From: a virus
Taxonomy: Duplodnaviria > Heunggongvirae > Uroviricota > Caudoviricetes
Length of the DNA: 64,000 bases
Strand: one strand, 5' to 3'
IMG/VR virus record: IMGVR_UViG_3300029906_000160
Shown in pieces: positions 43,718 through 55,322 of the stretch (positions are counted from its first letter, which is position 1; each line of letters begins with the position of its first letter). The notes beneath the pieces are model-generated. The model had not been told where the DNA came from and did not search any database. It worked only from the letters and a program-made list of their open reading frames with translations. Made by a program: the position numbers and the translations under genes.

Positions 43718-44436
43718 GTAATGGCAACACTCGCACAGAACATCAATAACACAATCGCTTATTTAGATGATATTCGAGACGCAATCATTAACACTGGTAT
43801 TGGAATGCCACTAGCTACTCCAGTTTCTGAATACGCTAATTGAATATCACAATTAGAATTTAAATTAATACTAGAAATATCTCAAGATTCATTTAACTTT
43901 AAAAATGATGGAATAGAAAAACAACAATTTGATCTTACGTGCAATTCTAATTGAGTAATTAATACTTTTCCATCTTGAATTACAGTAGATAAAACGTCAG
44001 GACATGGAGATGATGTAATTGAAGTATCTTGCGCGTATAATACTACATTGGAATCCAGATCTGGTACAATCACAATTACTTCTAATAATTTAAATAAAGT
44101 AATTAATATTACACAAGAAGCTCAAACTAGAGGAATTTGCAATATTCACTTTAGATCTGATTTTAATGTTCAATCAGGAATTCGTGTTGTTGGAGAACTA
44201 TTTTTAATTAGTAATCACAAAGTAGAAACTTCTATTTTATTTGATTTAATAAATGATGGTGCTCCAGTTGATTCATCTCCTTATTTATTAACTGATACTT
44301 GATCAATCAATAGAATTGAATATCAAGTACTAAGAAATGAATCTCCAATCGATAGTCAATGAATTGCAGATCCACCAGTTATCCATATAGGAAACGAAAC
44401 TTCGACTGAAATGTATATAACCTTTACAGATCCATA
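43718..44436 (+). CDS. hypothetical (structural?) protein, about 239 aa; TGA read as Trp
   Basis: manual translation; track fragment 44048-44302. Confidence 0.45.
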
Positions 44437-44437
44437 A

Positions 44438-44746
44438 TGAAGTATTTTTGAATATTTATAATTATTTTTCTTTTAACTTGTTGTGGAATTTCTAAAAATA
44501 TTTATTTGGAATATTATACATCAGAACCACAGCTTGTTATAGATTCTTTATATAATAGATATAATCTTATAGATACATCCAAATATGAAAATTGACATAA
44601 AATTCAATATTTTGGAAACGATTCTCTTGTTACAAGTACATATACTGAAATTTTTGAAATTGAAGATTCTTTATATATAACATCTATTACTGAAAAAGAA
44701 AATCAAGATACGGTTTTATTACGATTTAGAAAAGAAATAAAATAAT
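44438..44746 (+). CDS. lipoprotein (signal peptide plus Cys lipobox), possible spanin-like
   Basis: MKYFWIFIIIFLLTCCGIS..; TGA read as Trp. Confidence 0.45.
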
Positions 44747-45312
44747 GAAAACATTTGGATGTATTCAATCTGGAGAAAGTTCTAAAGATATTATATATAA
44801 TGGTACTTTATCTATGCCTTCTTATGTAAGAGAACCTATCACTCCTATTATTGATCAAGGTACTCTCGGTTCTTGTGTATCTCAATCTTTATATGAATTA
44901 TATGCTTTTTATAAAAATTTTAAGCATGAAAAACTAGATATTTCTCCAACTTATAGCTTTGATTTAAGAAAAGACAAATCAATTAATGGAATGCAACCGC
45001 GTGAAGCTCTTAATATTCTTCGACACAATAATAAAATACAATCTTATGCTCGTATTAATAATTCATTTGCTTTAAAAGACTCTATTATTGTAAATGGAGG
45101 AGCACTTATTGCACTTCCTGCTAAATCAGATGATCCAAATTTTTGAGATGGTTCATCCAATTTAGGTTATCATGCGGTTTGTGCTTATGGATTTGATAAA
45201 GATTTTATTTATTTTAAAAATTCTTGAGGAGTTAATTGAGCACAATCTGGGTGCTGAAAATTTCCATGAATTGATTTTACTCAAATTTTAGAAATATGAA
45301 CAATATTAACAT
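44745..45312 (+). CDS. papain-like cysteine peptidase (C1A family); TGA read as Trp
   Basis: catalytic Cys DQGTLGSCVSQS, His GYHAVCAYGFD, Asn motif NSWGVNW with W=TGA; track fragment 44745-45146. Confidence 0.7.
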
Positions 45313-45362
45313 AAAAAAGGAGACTCTCTTTCGAGGGCCTCCTTTTTTGTTTTATTATATAT
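45313..45362. terminator. putative bidirectional terminator between convergent genes
   Basis: AAAAAAGGAG-loop-CUCCUUUUUU. Confidence 0.4.
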
Positions 45363-45363
45363 T

Positions 45364-47805
45364 TTAATTTCCCATATAAAAATTATATCTTTCATAGACT
45401 TTTTTCAGCTGTTCTTCAGTTAGCTGTTCTTTAAAGGCTAGGAACTTATAGAATTTAAAGGTTGAAGAACCGTTAGATCCATCACTAGCAGTTCCAGGAG
45501 CAACACATCCTATGTATTTGGAAGTGTTAGTAACTCTACTATCACCTACTATAGCTACAGTAGTTCTTTTACCTCTAAGTGATGCAGCTGTTATTGTAGT
45601 GTTCTCCTGTCCATTTATATAGCATACAGAACCTTCTGGAACATCATAATAATATGCTAACTCAGTTCCTTCTTTGGATTCATTTATATCAATATTACCT
45701 AAATTTCCCTGACAATAGTATTCTGCTATATTATTGAGAGTGTTAGGAGCTTCAAATTCCATAATTAAGGTATTCCAAGTATCTCTATTAGTACTACCAT
45801 CTTTATTTAGAATATTGAAATAAGGAGAGCCATCCATACCTTTAAACTGGAAGAAATCAAAGAAGTTAGGAACTTGTTCAAATACAGTCTTTTCATTGCT
45901 GTAGAGAGCTAAAACTGACGTATTATAGTCTTCTCCTTTAAAAAGAACATATCCAGGATAATCAACAGAAACAAGTCCAGTATCTTCGTCTTTAGTAAAG
46001 ATAGTGTGGCTTACTATATTATCGCCAGCTGAGCTATATAGATGAGCGTCTACACTGGCACTATATAAATCATCTCCTTTAAAATTGGTTCTAAATGGAG
46101 GATAAACAACAATCTTATCATCCTCAAAAATAGGGTTTACTTTCTTTTGAACATTCCAAGCATATGCACAAGAAGATGAATCAATTTTATTTTTATTGAT
46201 TAGAACTGCGGGAATACTTTGCTCGTTACTCCAAGAAGTTAAATCTCCTACATTAGGATCATACCAAGCCCAACCAACATGAGTAGACAAGTCAACTACA
46301 GGAAAACAGATTATATAGAAATCAGTATTTGTTGCTATAAAATTTCCTTCAGCGTCTTTATCACAGAAAGAGCTTGGAATTTGGATATAAATATTATTAT
46401 TCTCAGTAAGAGAATGAACATTCGTTAAATCTATAACATTCATTCCTGAAGACAAAGCGTAATAAAAATCAACATTTTCCCCCGTATAACCGTCATAACA
46501 AGAAAATGATGCATCTGTAGAGAAGGTTCTACCAGAAGGAGTAGAAACATAAACACTAATTTTAGTACCCAATCCTCTAAAAGAAGACCCTGGGCAGCTA
46601 AAAAGTATCATGTTATAAAGACTATTAGTTGGACTTCCTGGAGGAGTAATTTTTGTTATATGATAGATTCCGTCTGATGGAGTATCATATTCACACCTTG
46701 AAGATATAGAACTAAAAATATTTGTAGCTCTTGCTACATTACTCAACTTATTATAATTCTTCAGTTGTGCATACAAGCCATTACCTGAATGGTCACAAAG
46801 CTGCCAAGCGCCAAATCCATAAGAATCTACATTAAAAGCACCATGATAATCTTTAGAAACATCAAAATAACATGCTGCATTGGGTAGTACATTCTTATTA
46901 TAATAATCTATGAGATAGTCAAGAGGAAGATCTCGATTTCATAGAATAAATCTGCTTACACAGTTAAGGTCATAATCAGGATCAAAAGAAATTACATTGT
47001 TATTTGACCCCTTTGAGCCTTTAGATAAAATTCCATTTGAAGAAATTGTTGACCATTCTTTAGAATTATAAATCAAAACTCCAGAATTAGGAACTGAGCT
47101 ATAGTTACCAAAAGAAAGTACAGAAGAGACACCTTCAACTGGAACTCTGATTTCAGTGCTATATGCTGAAACGCTGACAACCGTAGGAATAGTTAGGTCA
47201 GGAGCTAATGTTGAAACATTAGAAGGATTAATATCCTTGAAAACACAGATAACAGAGAACCCTGAATCAGGTTTGGTTCTCGCAGCAGGTAAACTGAGAG
47301 AAGCATAGTTGCTAGGTAAATTTATCTTACTGTTCTCATCACAGATAGGAAACTGTTTAAAATATAGATAACTTCCAGTTGGATCCCAAGCAGGATCTGA
47401 AGGTTCAAAAACATGTCTAAAGGTCGTTTTCCCTGAAGGAAGAATAATATTACAAGTTCCTCCAAATACTTGAATCTGTTCACCAGTATTATCTACTATA
47501 TATCCATTGCAATAATATGGATCAGTGGGAAGATTACCTATTGAAGTAAACTGAAAGAGAACATCTGAATTGAGTCTACTATATGTGGAAGTAATTGGCA
47601 AATTATATCCATTAAATGACTTGGAAAGTACATGAATAGAAATAGAATCAACAGATTGCTCTGTTATCTCAAAAGTGTCATCTGCTACTACTTGTGAAAG
47701 ATCAAATACATAATTGTTAGCATCACTAACATTCATATCTGAAGCGTCTACATCAAGAACAGGGGCAGGAAATGAATTATTAAGTAAATTACAAAAAGTA
47801 CTCAT
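45364..47805 (-). CDS. tail fibre protein (about 813 aa) with a single in-frame TGA at 46939-46941
   Basis: track ORFs 46939-47805 and 45364-46776 are in the same frame; 54 sense codons between them; no ATG or RBS for the downstream part. Confidence 0.6.
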
Positions 47806-47870
47806 AACTAAAACAATTTTATAAAAATATTTCCCCTCTAATAGAAACTACTAAAAGAGGGGAATATTAA

Positions 47871-49178
47871 TTAAAACTCACCCCAAACTCCAAGGTTGTT
47901 GATTATAGAAACTACATATCTATGATTGGCTCTTGTTATAGGTGCAACATCATTAACCCACTTTATACCATCTGCATAAGTGATGTTATAGAGAGTTGCT
48001 CCAACAGTAATATCATAGACTTTCTCTACAGTTGTTGCATTAGCAGGAATATTATAATCAGCAGTAAGTGTAGGTACTGTAGTATATACAGTTTGTTTAG
48101 ACTCTATAGTGTTAATAGAAGTTTGAAGCCCAGTTATAACAGTCTGAAGAGTTTGAGCATCTGCTGAATTAGTACCATCAAAACCACCTAATCCATAAAT
48201 GTAATGGTCTCCATTAATCTTAATCTCGTGAGCATTTTTTCTGTTAGTATTGGAAGAACCAATACCTACAGAATGAATTACCCTAACAGTGGAAGTGAAA
48301 GAATCATAAGACTTATTATACTTTCCTTCTGCATGTTCACATTCTGTTAAAGCCTGAGTGTTCTGTCCTTCGGCGTGAGAATTACCACCTGTAGCATTGG
48401 TGTTGGAACCTTCTGCATGAGAATAATCACCTGTAGCATTGGTGTTGGAACCTTCTGCATGAGAATTACCACCTGTAGCAGTGGTACCCCTGCCTTCTGC
48501 ATGAGAAGAACCGCCTGAAGCAGTGGTGTCGGAGCCTTCTGCGTGAGAATAACGGCCTTCAGCAGTGTTTCTGAAGCCTTCTGCATGAGAACAATCGCCT
48601 GTAGCAGTGGTGCTATCGCCTTCAGCATGAGAACAATAGACTGTAGCATTGGTCCGGGAACCTTCTGCATGAGAATTATTACCTGTAGCTTTGGTCTCGA
48701 TGCCTTCTGCGTGAGAATAACGGCCTGAAGCTACATTGGCATTACCACCTTCATAACTGTTAAAGATTTCACCGGTACCATTAGAATTAGGGTCTACTTT
48801 ACCAACTCCAGTAGCCTTAGGAAGAATCTCATTGATTGCACCAACTACAGTCTTATCTGTGGTGTTGAGAGTCTCATCAGTTGCATTCTGTTTATCAGCA
48901 AGTGCCGTATCTAAACCCGTAATCTTAGACTGAGGAAGTTCAGGAATATCGTCAGAAACAAGTGATTTCTTAGAAACTGAAACAACACCATTCTCTTGGG
49001 AAACAGAAGAAATTACCTCACCTGTGTCAGCAGATTGACCAGAAGAATCAAGAGCATTAATTGCTTTAGTAATATCAGCAGATACATCAATGCTATCAAT
49101 CTTACTATTAAGGGCTTTACCTTGTGCTGCACTTAAAGGAAGAGTAGTCTCATCAGAGTTAAGAGAGTTAATTACCAT
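47871..49178 (-). CDS. tail fibre protein with 11 tandem SHAEG-type repeats
   Basis: 435 aa; repeated ..SHAEG.[NT]T.ATG.. Confidence 0.6.
   Translation of the reverse strand: MVINSLNSDETTLPLSAAQGKALNSKIDSIDVSADITKAINALDSSGQSADTGEVISSVSQENGVVSVSKKSLVSDDIPELPQSKITGLDTALADKQNATDETLNTTDKTVVGAINEILPKATGVGKVDPNSNGTGEIFNSYEGGNANVASGRYSHAEGIETKATGNNSHAEGSRTNATVYCSHAEGDSTTATGDCSHAEGFRNTAEGRYSHAEGSDTTASGGSSHAEGRGTTATGGNSHAEGSNTNATGDYSHAEGSNTNATGGNSHAEGQNTQALTECEHAEGKYNKSYDSFTSTVRVIHSVGIGSSNTNRKNAHEIKINGDHYIYGLGGFDGTNSADAQTLQTVITGLQTSINTIESKQTVYTTVPTLTADYNIPANATTVEKVYDITVGATLYNITYADGIKWVNDVAPITRANHRYVVSIINNLGVWGEF
48320..48730. repeat. about 39-bp tandem repeat array (11 copies) inside the tail-fibre gene
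   Basis: direct reading; explains spurious overlapping ORFs 48347-48670 and 48543-48728. Confidence 0.75.
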
Positions 49179-49901
49179 ATTTTCAGTAAGAACCGAATGA
49201 GTAGTAACATTCTTAGATAAAGTACCAGAAGTATTAGTAATTGCTATCTCATTGAGCGTAAGACCTAATACAGAATCAAGTAAGTAGTATAAAGTAGTAA
49301 CATTACCAAGTATTCTGATAGATACTGAAACACTACCATTAGATATTGTTCCTACAATAATTCTATTATCTTGTACAGTGGCATTTAGATTATCTATACC
49401 GCCAATTGCAGTAGAAATTGATTCTGAATCTTCAGCAGAAAGAAGATTGGTAAGATTAATTTCATAAGGTACTACTAAATTTTCAGTAGCGTTAGTGATA
49501 TCTTGTATTGTTGCCGCTTTATTGGATTCTGCATTATATTCTGTGTTAAATGAAATTACATTTTGTTTAGAATCAACAGAATTCTTTAATTCATTAACTG
49601 CGTTTACGAGATTATCTTTTATCGTAGTTTCTAAAAGAGAAACATCTCCTATTGTGGATAATTTTTCAAATTCTTCGTCTGAAACACATTTAAAAAATTG
49701 TCCATGTGTTCAAATTTCTTTTGCATCTTGTATGAACACAATTGAAGTTCCAAGAAAATCACCAAAAGTTATACCGTTATCTGTTGATTCAGCATAACGA
49801 CTATTAAAATTGGATTTAGATTTAAAATGGATAAGTTTGTTATTAATTGTTGCCATTTTATAATATTTAAAAATTTTAAGTAATGAGATTGTTAGTCTTT
49901 A

Positions 49902-52394
49902 TTAATTTGTATTTATGTCCTCAATTAAGGACTGTAGTTGAGAAATAGTAGTATTTAAATTATTAATCTGACTTTCTAAAGACGTTTTCATTGTATTAAA
50001 TTCATCTTTAGTTATATACTTAGATAAATCAATGTTCTCTGGTTCTATACTAGTAATAGTTACCTTAATGTTACTATTTCCTTCAATAATAGTTCCATCT
50101 AAATTTATAAGTATTTCATATTTAGATACAACGTCATTGTTAGTATTAAGGCCAATAAATACTAATTTAATTTGATTTGCAGATTCAAATGCGGCATACT
50201 GAACAGGCATTCTGTAATAATAAGGATTGCCCATCAGCATAATACCATATTTAATATATTGAATTCCTTTATTAGCTATTTGCTTTTTTAATGCAGCTAT
50301 ATCTGAAACTCCAAACCATTCTAAAATTTCTTCTTGAGTATATACTCTATCTTCAGGACCATCTGATCCTCCAGAAGTTCTTATTGGAAAATTAACTTCA
50401 ATAGGTATTAATTCTATATCAGATTCAACAACAAGAGCTTCCTTTCCATCTGGAGTTTCAATTGTTGGTTTATCTGAAGAATTTAAATTAAGATGTACTT
50501 TAGATGTACCTACTTCAACTTGTTTTTCTTCATTATCTAATCCAGCATTATATATTCTTGCTCCAAGTAAACTAGAATTAGATTCACTTCCGCCAAAGTC
50601 TCCAAATACTTGTCCATTAGATGGAAGTACTATATTTTTAGTATTGTTATAATCAACCCAATCTACTTTAGATGTGATTTCTTCTTTAGTTGCTAAATTA
50701 CTAATATCAGATTTCTTAGCAAATGGATATTCATCAACAGCTAATGCAAAGGTTTCATTGACATACTGAATTTGATAAATAGTAGGAACAGTTCCAATCA
50801 TGAACATTAGATTAGCTGCACCGTTACCACCTGAAATATTACCAGTAGCGTGAATACAAGATTTATAATCCCCAGCAGAATTTCTATCCACAATTATTGT
50901 CTTATTCTCTCTAATAATTTCAATAAGACTTATAAAATCTATACCAAGAGCAGCTTCTATATTTGCACTTGATTCACCTGTTTCGAGTTCTGTTAAACCC
51001 TTTGTTTCAAATACATTGGGAACTTCTTCCTTTGTGACAAAATCAGATACATCTGGAAGTTCAGATTTAAGAGCATAATCATTTAATTCTTCCTTAGTCG
51101 CATATTCAGATAAATCAATATCTTCTGGCTCTATACTAGTAATAGTTACCTTAATGTTACTATTTCTTTCAATAACAGTTCCATCTAAATTCATGATCAT
51201 TTCATATTTAGATGCAACATCATCACGAGTATTTAATCCTACAAAAACTAACTTAATTTGATTTGCAGATTCAAATGCAGTATATTCGATAGGCATTTTA
51301 TAATACATTGGATTGCCAGATAATGAAATACCATAACGTAAATACATTTGACTTCCACGTGATATTTTTTGTTTAAGTTCAGGAACGCTAGTTACTCCAA
51401 ACCAATCAAAAATTTCTTCTTGTGTATAAACTTTATCTTGAAGTGATCGGATTGGAATATTAACTACATTAACTAATTCATCAGTAGTAGCAATTGTTTT
51501 CTTACCAGTAGAAGTTTCAATTGTAACATCAGAATCAGTGTTAATATTAGTATGTACTTTAGATGATCCAAGTTCGAGTTGTTTTGTACCATCGTAAACA
51601 GCAGCTTTAGCAACCGTTGCGTTTTCATCTCCATAATTACCAAGATAAGAACCTCCTTCTGGAAGTATAACATTTATGTTAGATTGTGTTTTCTCATCGT
51701 AAGCATATGGAATTTTATCTTTTTCAAGTCTACGAACTTCTGAATCACTATATTGAATCTTAGTTAAAGTATCTTCTGCAAGATTGATTATTTTATTAGG
51801 AGATTCCTCTATAATGCTAATACCTGCTCCAGGAAGTATATTTTTGGATTCCAAATTAGCTAATTTAGAATTTATTTCGTCATCTGCATCTTTTCTTTGA
51901 TCTATTTCTGCAACTAATGTTTCAGATAATTGTTTTGTGGACTCATTAATGACCACTAAACTATTATTAAGATTTTCATTAATAGAGTTAATAGATTTTA
52001 CAAGATTATTATTCAACGTCGAAATATCGGAATTAATTTTATCAGTACTTTCTTCAACTTCATTTTTTGTTGCATATATTGCTGCAACTTCGTCTTTAAA
52101 ACCTTCAAATTCTTCTTTATCAACGTAATCACCAACATCTTGTTTTTGGTTTACTTCATCATGGAGTTCGTTAATTGCATCAACTATACTTTTATTTAAA
52201 GTTTCAAGTCTATGATCGATTTTTGGTTGAGCTGCATCTAATTTTTGTTGTGCGTTTTCATCGAAAGCAACAATGATTTTATCAAATTCTTCTTTAGAAC
52301 CTGTAAATCCAGCTTTAACCGCATCATCATATGTTCCTTGAGTTAATCTTTGATCTATTTCTGTACCTGTGTATTTTGATTTATAAAACGCCAT
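49902..52394 (-). CDS. large tail fibre / adhesin, 830 aa, with an internal duplication of about 120 aa
   Basis: DNA 50030-50400 nearly identical to 51110-51480 (..NIKVTITSIEPE[DN]IDLS..). Confidence 0.65.
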   Translation of the reverse strand: MAFYKSKYTGTEIDQRLTQGTYDDAVKAGFTGSKEEFDKIIVAFDENAQQKLDAAQPKIDHRLETLNKSIVDAINELHDEVNQKQDVGDYVDKEEFEGFKDEVAAIYATKNEVEESTDKINSDISTLNNNLVKSINSINENLNNSLVVINESTKQLSETLVAEIDQRKDADDEINSKLANLESKNILPGAGISIIEESPNKIINLAEDTLTKIQYSDSEVRRLEKDKIPYAYDEKTQSNINVILPEGGSYLGNYGDENATVAKAAVYDGTKQLELGSSKVHTNINTDSDVTIETSTGKKTIATTDELVNVVNIPIRSLQDKVYTQEEIFDWFGVTSVPELKQKISRGSQMYLRYGISLSGNPMYYKMPIEYTAFESANQIKLVFVGLNTRDDVASKYEMIMNLDGTVIERNSNIKVTITSIEPEDIDLSEYATKEELNDYALKSELPDVSDFVTKEEVPNVFETKGLTELETGESSANIEAALGIDFISLIEIIRENKTIIVDRNSAGDYKSCIHATGNISGGNGAANLMFMIGTVPTIYQIQYVNETFALAVDEYPFAKKSDISNLATKEEITSKVDWVDYNNTKNIVLPSNGQVFGDFGGSESNSSLLGARIYNAGLDNEEKQVEVGTSKVHLNLNSSDKPTIETPDGKEALVVESDIELIPIEVNFPIRTSGGSDGPEDRVYTQEEILEWFGVSDIAALKKQIANKGIQYIKYGIMLMGNPYYYRMPVQYAAFESANQIKLVFIGLNTNNDVVSKYEILINLDGTIIEGNSNIKVTITSIEPENIDLSKYITKDEFNTMKTSLESQINNLNTTISQLQSLIEDINTN

Positions 52395-53025
52395 TGCACA
52401 AAATTGTTAAATTGTTATTATCTTGTATTACATAAGGTTCGCTTGACCAGAATTGTGTTGGTTCATAGCATATAAAAATTTGATCAACTTTATCTAAGAG
52501 TCCAGTAGACTGTTTAGGAATAAAGTATTCTACTACATCTGGATCTATTACTTCTAAATCTATAAAATATTGATATGTTGTTGGTTTATATATATAAAAT
52601 TGAAAATATAAAACCTTATCATCAGGATAATTTTCAAAATATGCTTCTAAATTATGAATATTTCCAACTCCCCATAATGATGCTCTTGGTGATCTATAAA
52701 CATCTCCGTGTACATCTTTAGGTTTATTTCCAAATCGTGTTAAACTAAAAGAAAACTCTTTAGTTGTATAAAAACTAACTATACAAGATTTCTTTTTAGA
52801 TAACATATTTAAATCAAGTAAAAAATAATTAGTATAAAGTTGATTTAAAAATAATGTATAACGATCACCATTTGGAATATGATCATAAGCATGTTTTAAA
52901 ATATCTCATGGTTGATCATTATCACTAGTTTCGTGTTTTAAATAATAATCTGGACCACCCGATGATATATATGTAAACAATGTTGAATTTAAAACTGTTT
53001 TATTATCTATAGGTTGGTATGCCAT
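52381..53025 (-). CDS. hypothetical (tail-associated?) protein, 214 aa; 1 TGA read as Trp
   Basis: track ORF 52381-52806 extends upstream through a TGA to an ATG at 53025. Confidence 0.5.
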
Positions 53026-53441
53026 TATTCTTCTATTTTAAATATTTGTTTTCTTTGTCTTCCTTTTGATCAAAGTCCTAAGTGAATCCATTGAGACTTC
53101 CCACTTTTTTCTATAATAGCTTGATCAAAAGATTTATCTTTTAAATAATCTACTATAAATTGTTTAAATTTAGTAAATTGTTTATTAATTGGATACATAT
53201 CAACTGCTCAGCCTTCACAGTGAGCTGATGTTGCTACTCCTCCAACTGCTTGATTCAATTCAGGACATCTGTATCCAGAATTAATACGAATTGCAGAACC
53301 TCAAGCTTCTCTCAAGGGATTTAAAAACTCTATTAGTTTTTTAAGATTTTCTTTAATATTATCTGGAGGAGTATTATCTATTCCTTGTTGTTCAGCTATA
53401 TCACTTTTAGAAAGTTCTTCAATTGTAAAGTAAGATTTCAT
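53025..53441 (-). CDS. peptidase M15A-type endolysin-like (L-Ala-D-Glu peptidase); 4 TGA read as Trp
   Basis: SGYRCPELN..SAHCEGWAVD (H-x6-D / H motifs); stop overlaps downstream ATG. Confidence 0.6.
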
Positions 53442-53823
53442 TTACTAATCTCTTAAAACAAACTTAAATATATGTTTTGCTCAAGCAAATCTATCTCTTA
53501 CTTCTTGATAACCTAAATTATTTTGATTATTATATGCTTCCTGTTCGAAACTTATGCTCCGGTATGCTCTAATCTTTCAATAAAATATATTACATATTAC
53601 TTTAATAAACCATTCTATTATATATAATAAGTAAAAGATTATCCAATTAATAAATCAAATAAACTTGTCATTCTTCTTATTTGGAATAAAGTCTTCACTC
53701 TGAAGAGTATGTATTGTCTCATGATTTAATGTTGTTTGTGATATTGGAGTATTTTTGTATTTTTCTCTCCTAATTAAATATCCAAACAAGTTCATACAAT
53801 AAAATCCAGAAAATGGAAGTATT

Positions 53824-54557
53824 TTACTGTATATTAATTTCACTTTTGATGTCTCCATTTTGTGTTTCTAATTTTTTACGAGCACGTCATTCTTTAGAAT
53901 ATTGTTTTCTATAAGCAGAAATTTGTTCTTTATGAGTTTCCTCATATATTTTACTAGTTTCTTTAATTTTTTCTTTGTTTTCTACTCTATATTGTTTCAT
54001 ATATTCTTTAATCTTTTTTTTATTACGTTCTCTATATTCTTTTTTCTTTCTTAACCGCTCAGCTCGTTGTTCCGGAGTTTCATTTAATAATTTTTGATGT
54101 CTTTTTTCTTTATTCTTTTCGTTATAAATTTTATCATATGCTTGTTTCTTTTCTTTATTTGCTTTAGTATAAGCTTTTCTACATTCAGATAAAGAATCAT
54201 AATCACAAATAGAAAATTTAGCATTTGGGTTTCTTCTTCCTCTACTGCCATTTCCTCCTTTTGTTAAGTTATATCCTAAATCTGGATAATCTTCTACATA
54301 TGAATGTAATTTTTCTATTCACAATATTTCTTGTTGATCTAATCTTTTATCACGAAGTTTTGGTGAAGTAGAACAAAAACAATAAAGAATTTTAAAATCA
54401 AAATTATCAATTCCATATTTTTGAATAGCTCGATCAATTAAACTTCGTCTATTGTCTCGAAGTTTTAAGTGTTCAGCCATTCTTCTTTTTAAATTAGCTG
54501 TTTGACCAACATATCTCTTTTTATTAATTTTATTTACATAAACATAAATTCATCCTT
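53824..54557 (-). CDS. GIY-YIG homing endonuclease; TGA read as Trp
   Basis: MIYKGWIYVYVNKINKKRYVGQTANLKRRMAEH..GYNLTKGG. Confidence 0.65.
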
Positions 54558-54805
54558 TATAAATCATTTTTCTTATTATCGTTTATTTTGTCTCTTCTAA
54601 ATGGCGACATAATTGCATCTATGCCAAGTAATCCAGAAGAACAATAAAAAAGAACTTCTGCAATTAAAGGAGCTTGTATGCACAATATCGTACAATAAAT
54701 AACTACGAATAAACATACAAGTCATCCAAGAAATCCAGCAATTCTTTTTGATGAGACTCCTGACCTTGACATAAAGATCTTCTGGAAATACTCTGATGCT
54801 TTCAT
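54547..54805 (-). CDS. small membrane protein, holin-like (about 85 aa, 1 TGA read as Trp)
   Basis: two hydrophobic segments; adjacent to the endolysin-like gene. Confidence 0.4.
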
Positions 54806-54808
54806 AAT

Positions 54809-55084
54809 CTATTTCTTATGCCAACGTCTTGCGTTTTGAGCAAATACGGCTTTCTTTCTTATTGCCGGATCGGGACTATTCTTTCCTCTTTGTATACATT
54901 CGTTTGTGACTTTTCCGTTACAATATTTTGTAAAGGATCCCCGATTTTTCTTCTTAATATGAATTTTGCCTCCACTTTTAAATATCTCTAATTCGTTATC
55001 GATCATATCTGGATAATCGATAGAATCTAATTCAATTTGTGTATATGCAAAATTCATCATTTTGTCTAATAATTCTGAAATCAT
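54809..55084 (-). CDS. hypothetical protein
   Basis: ORF track. Confidence 0.45.
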   Translation of the reverse strand: MISELLDKMMNFAYTQIELDSIDYPDMIDNELEIFKSGGKIHIKKKNRGSFTKYCNGKVTNECIQRGKNSPDPAIRKKAVFAQNARRWHKK

Positions 55085-55322
55085 CTTCTTAAATATTTTA
55101 AAATAAAATTTTTAAAATTTCTATAACTTTTATTTGGATTTTTGCAAATTTAATTATATTTTTGCAAATAACCAAATATGAATTAATATATTTATGAGAA
55201 TCATGATAATGTTTTATATAAAATCTTTACTATAATATTTTTATTAATTATTAAACGATTTGTAAAACAGGGAAATGAAAAGTTTAAAAGACAGTGGTTC
55301 TTTTATTGAGTGAATTGGAGAG

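Noticed and set aside
48347-48728. ORFs 48347-48670 (-) and 48543-48728 (+) with repetitive translations
   Set aside because: They are alternative-frame readings of the 39-bp tandem repeat inside the tail-fibre gene.
53655-53858. 67-aa ORF 53655-53858
   Set aside because: It lies in the +1 frame overlapping the C-terminus of the GIY-YIG endonuclease gene and is likely a chance ORF.
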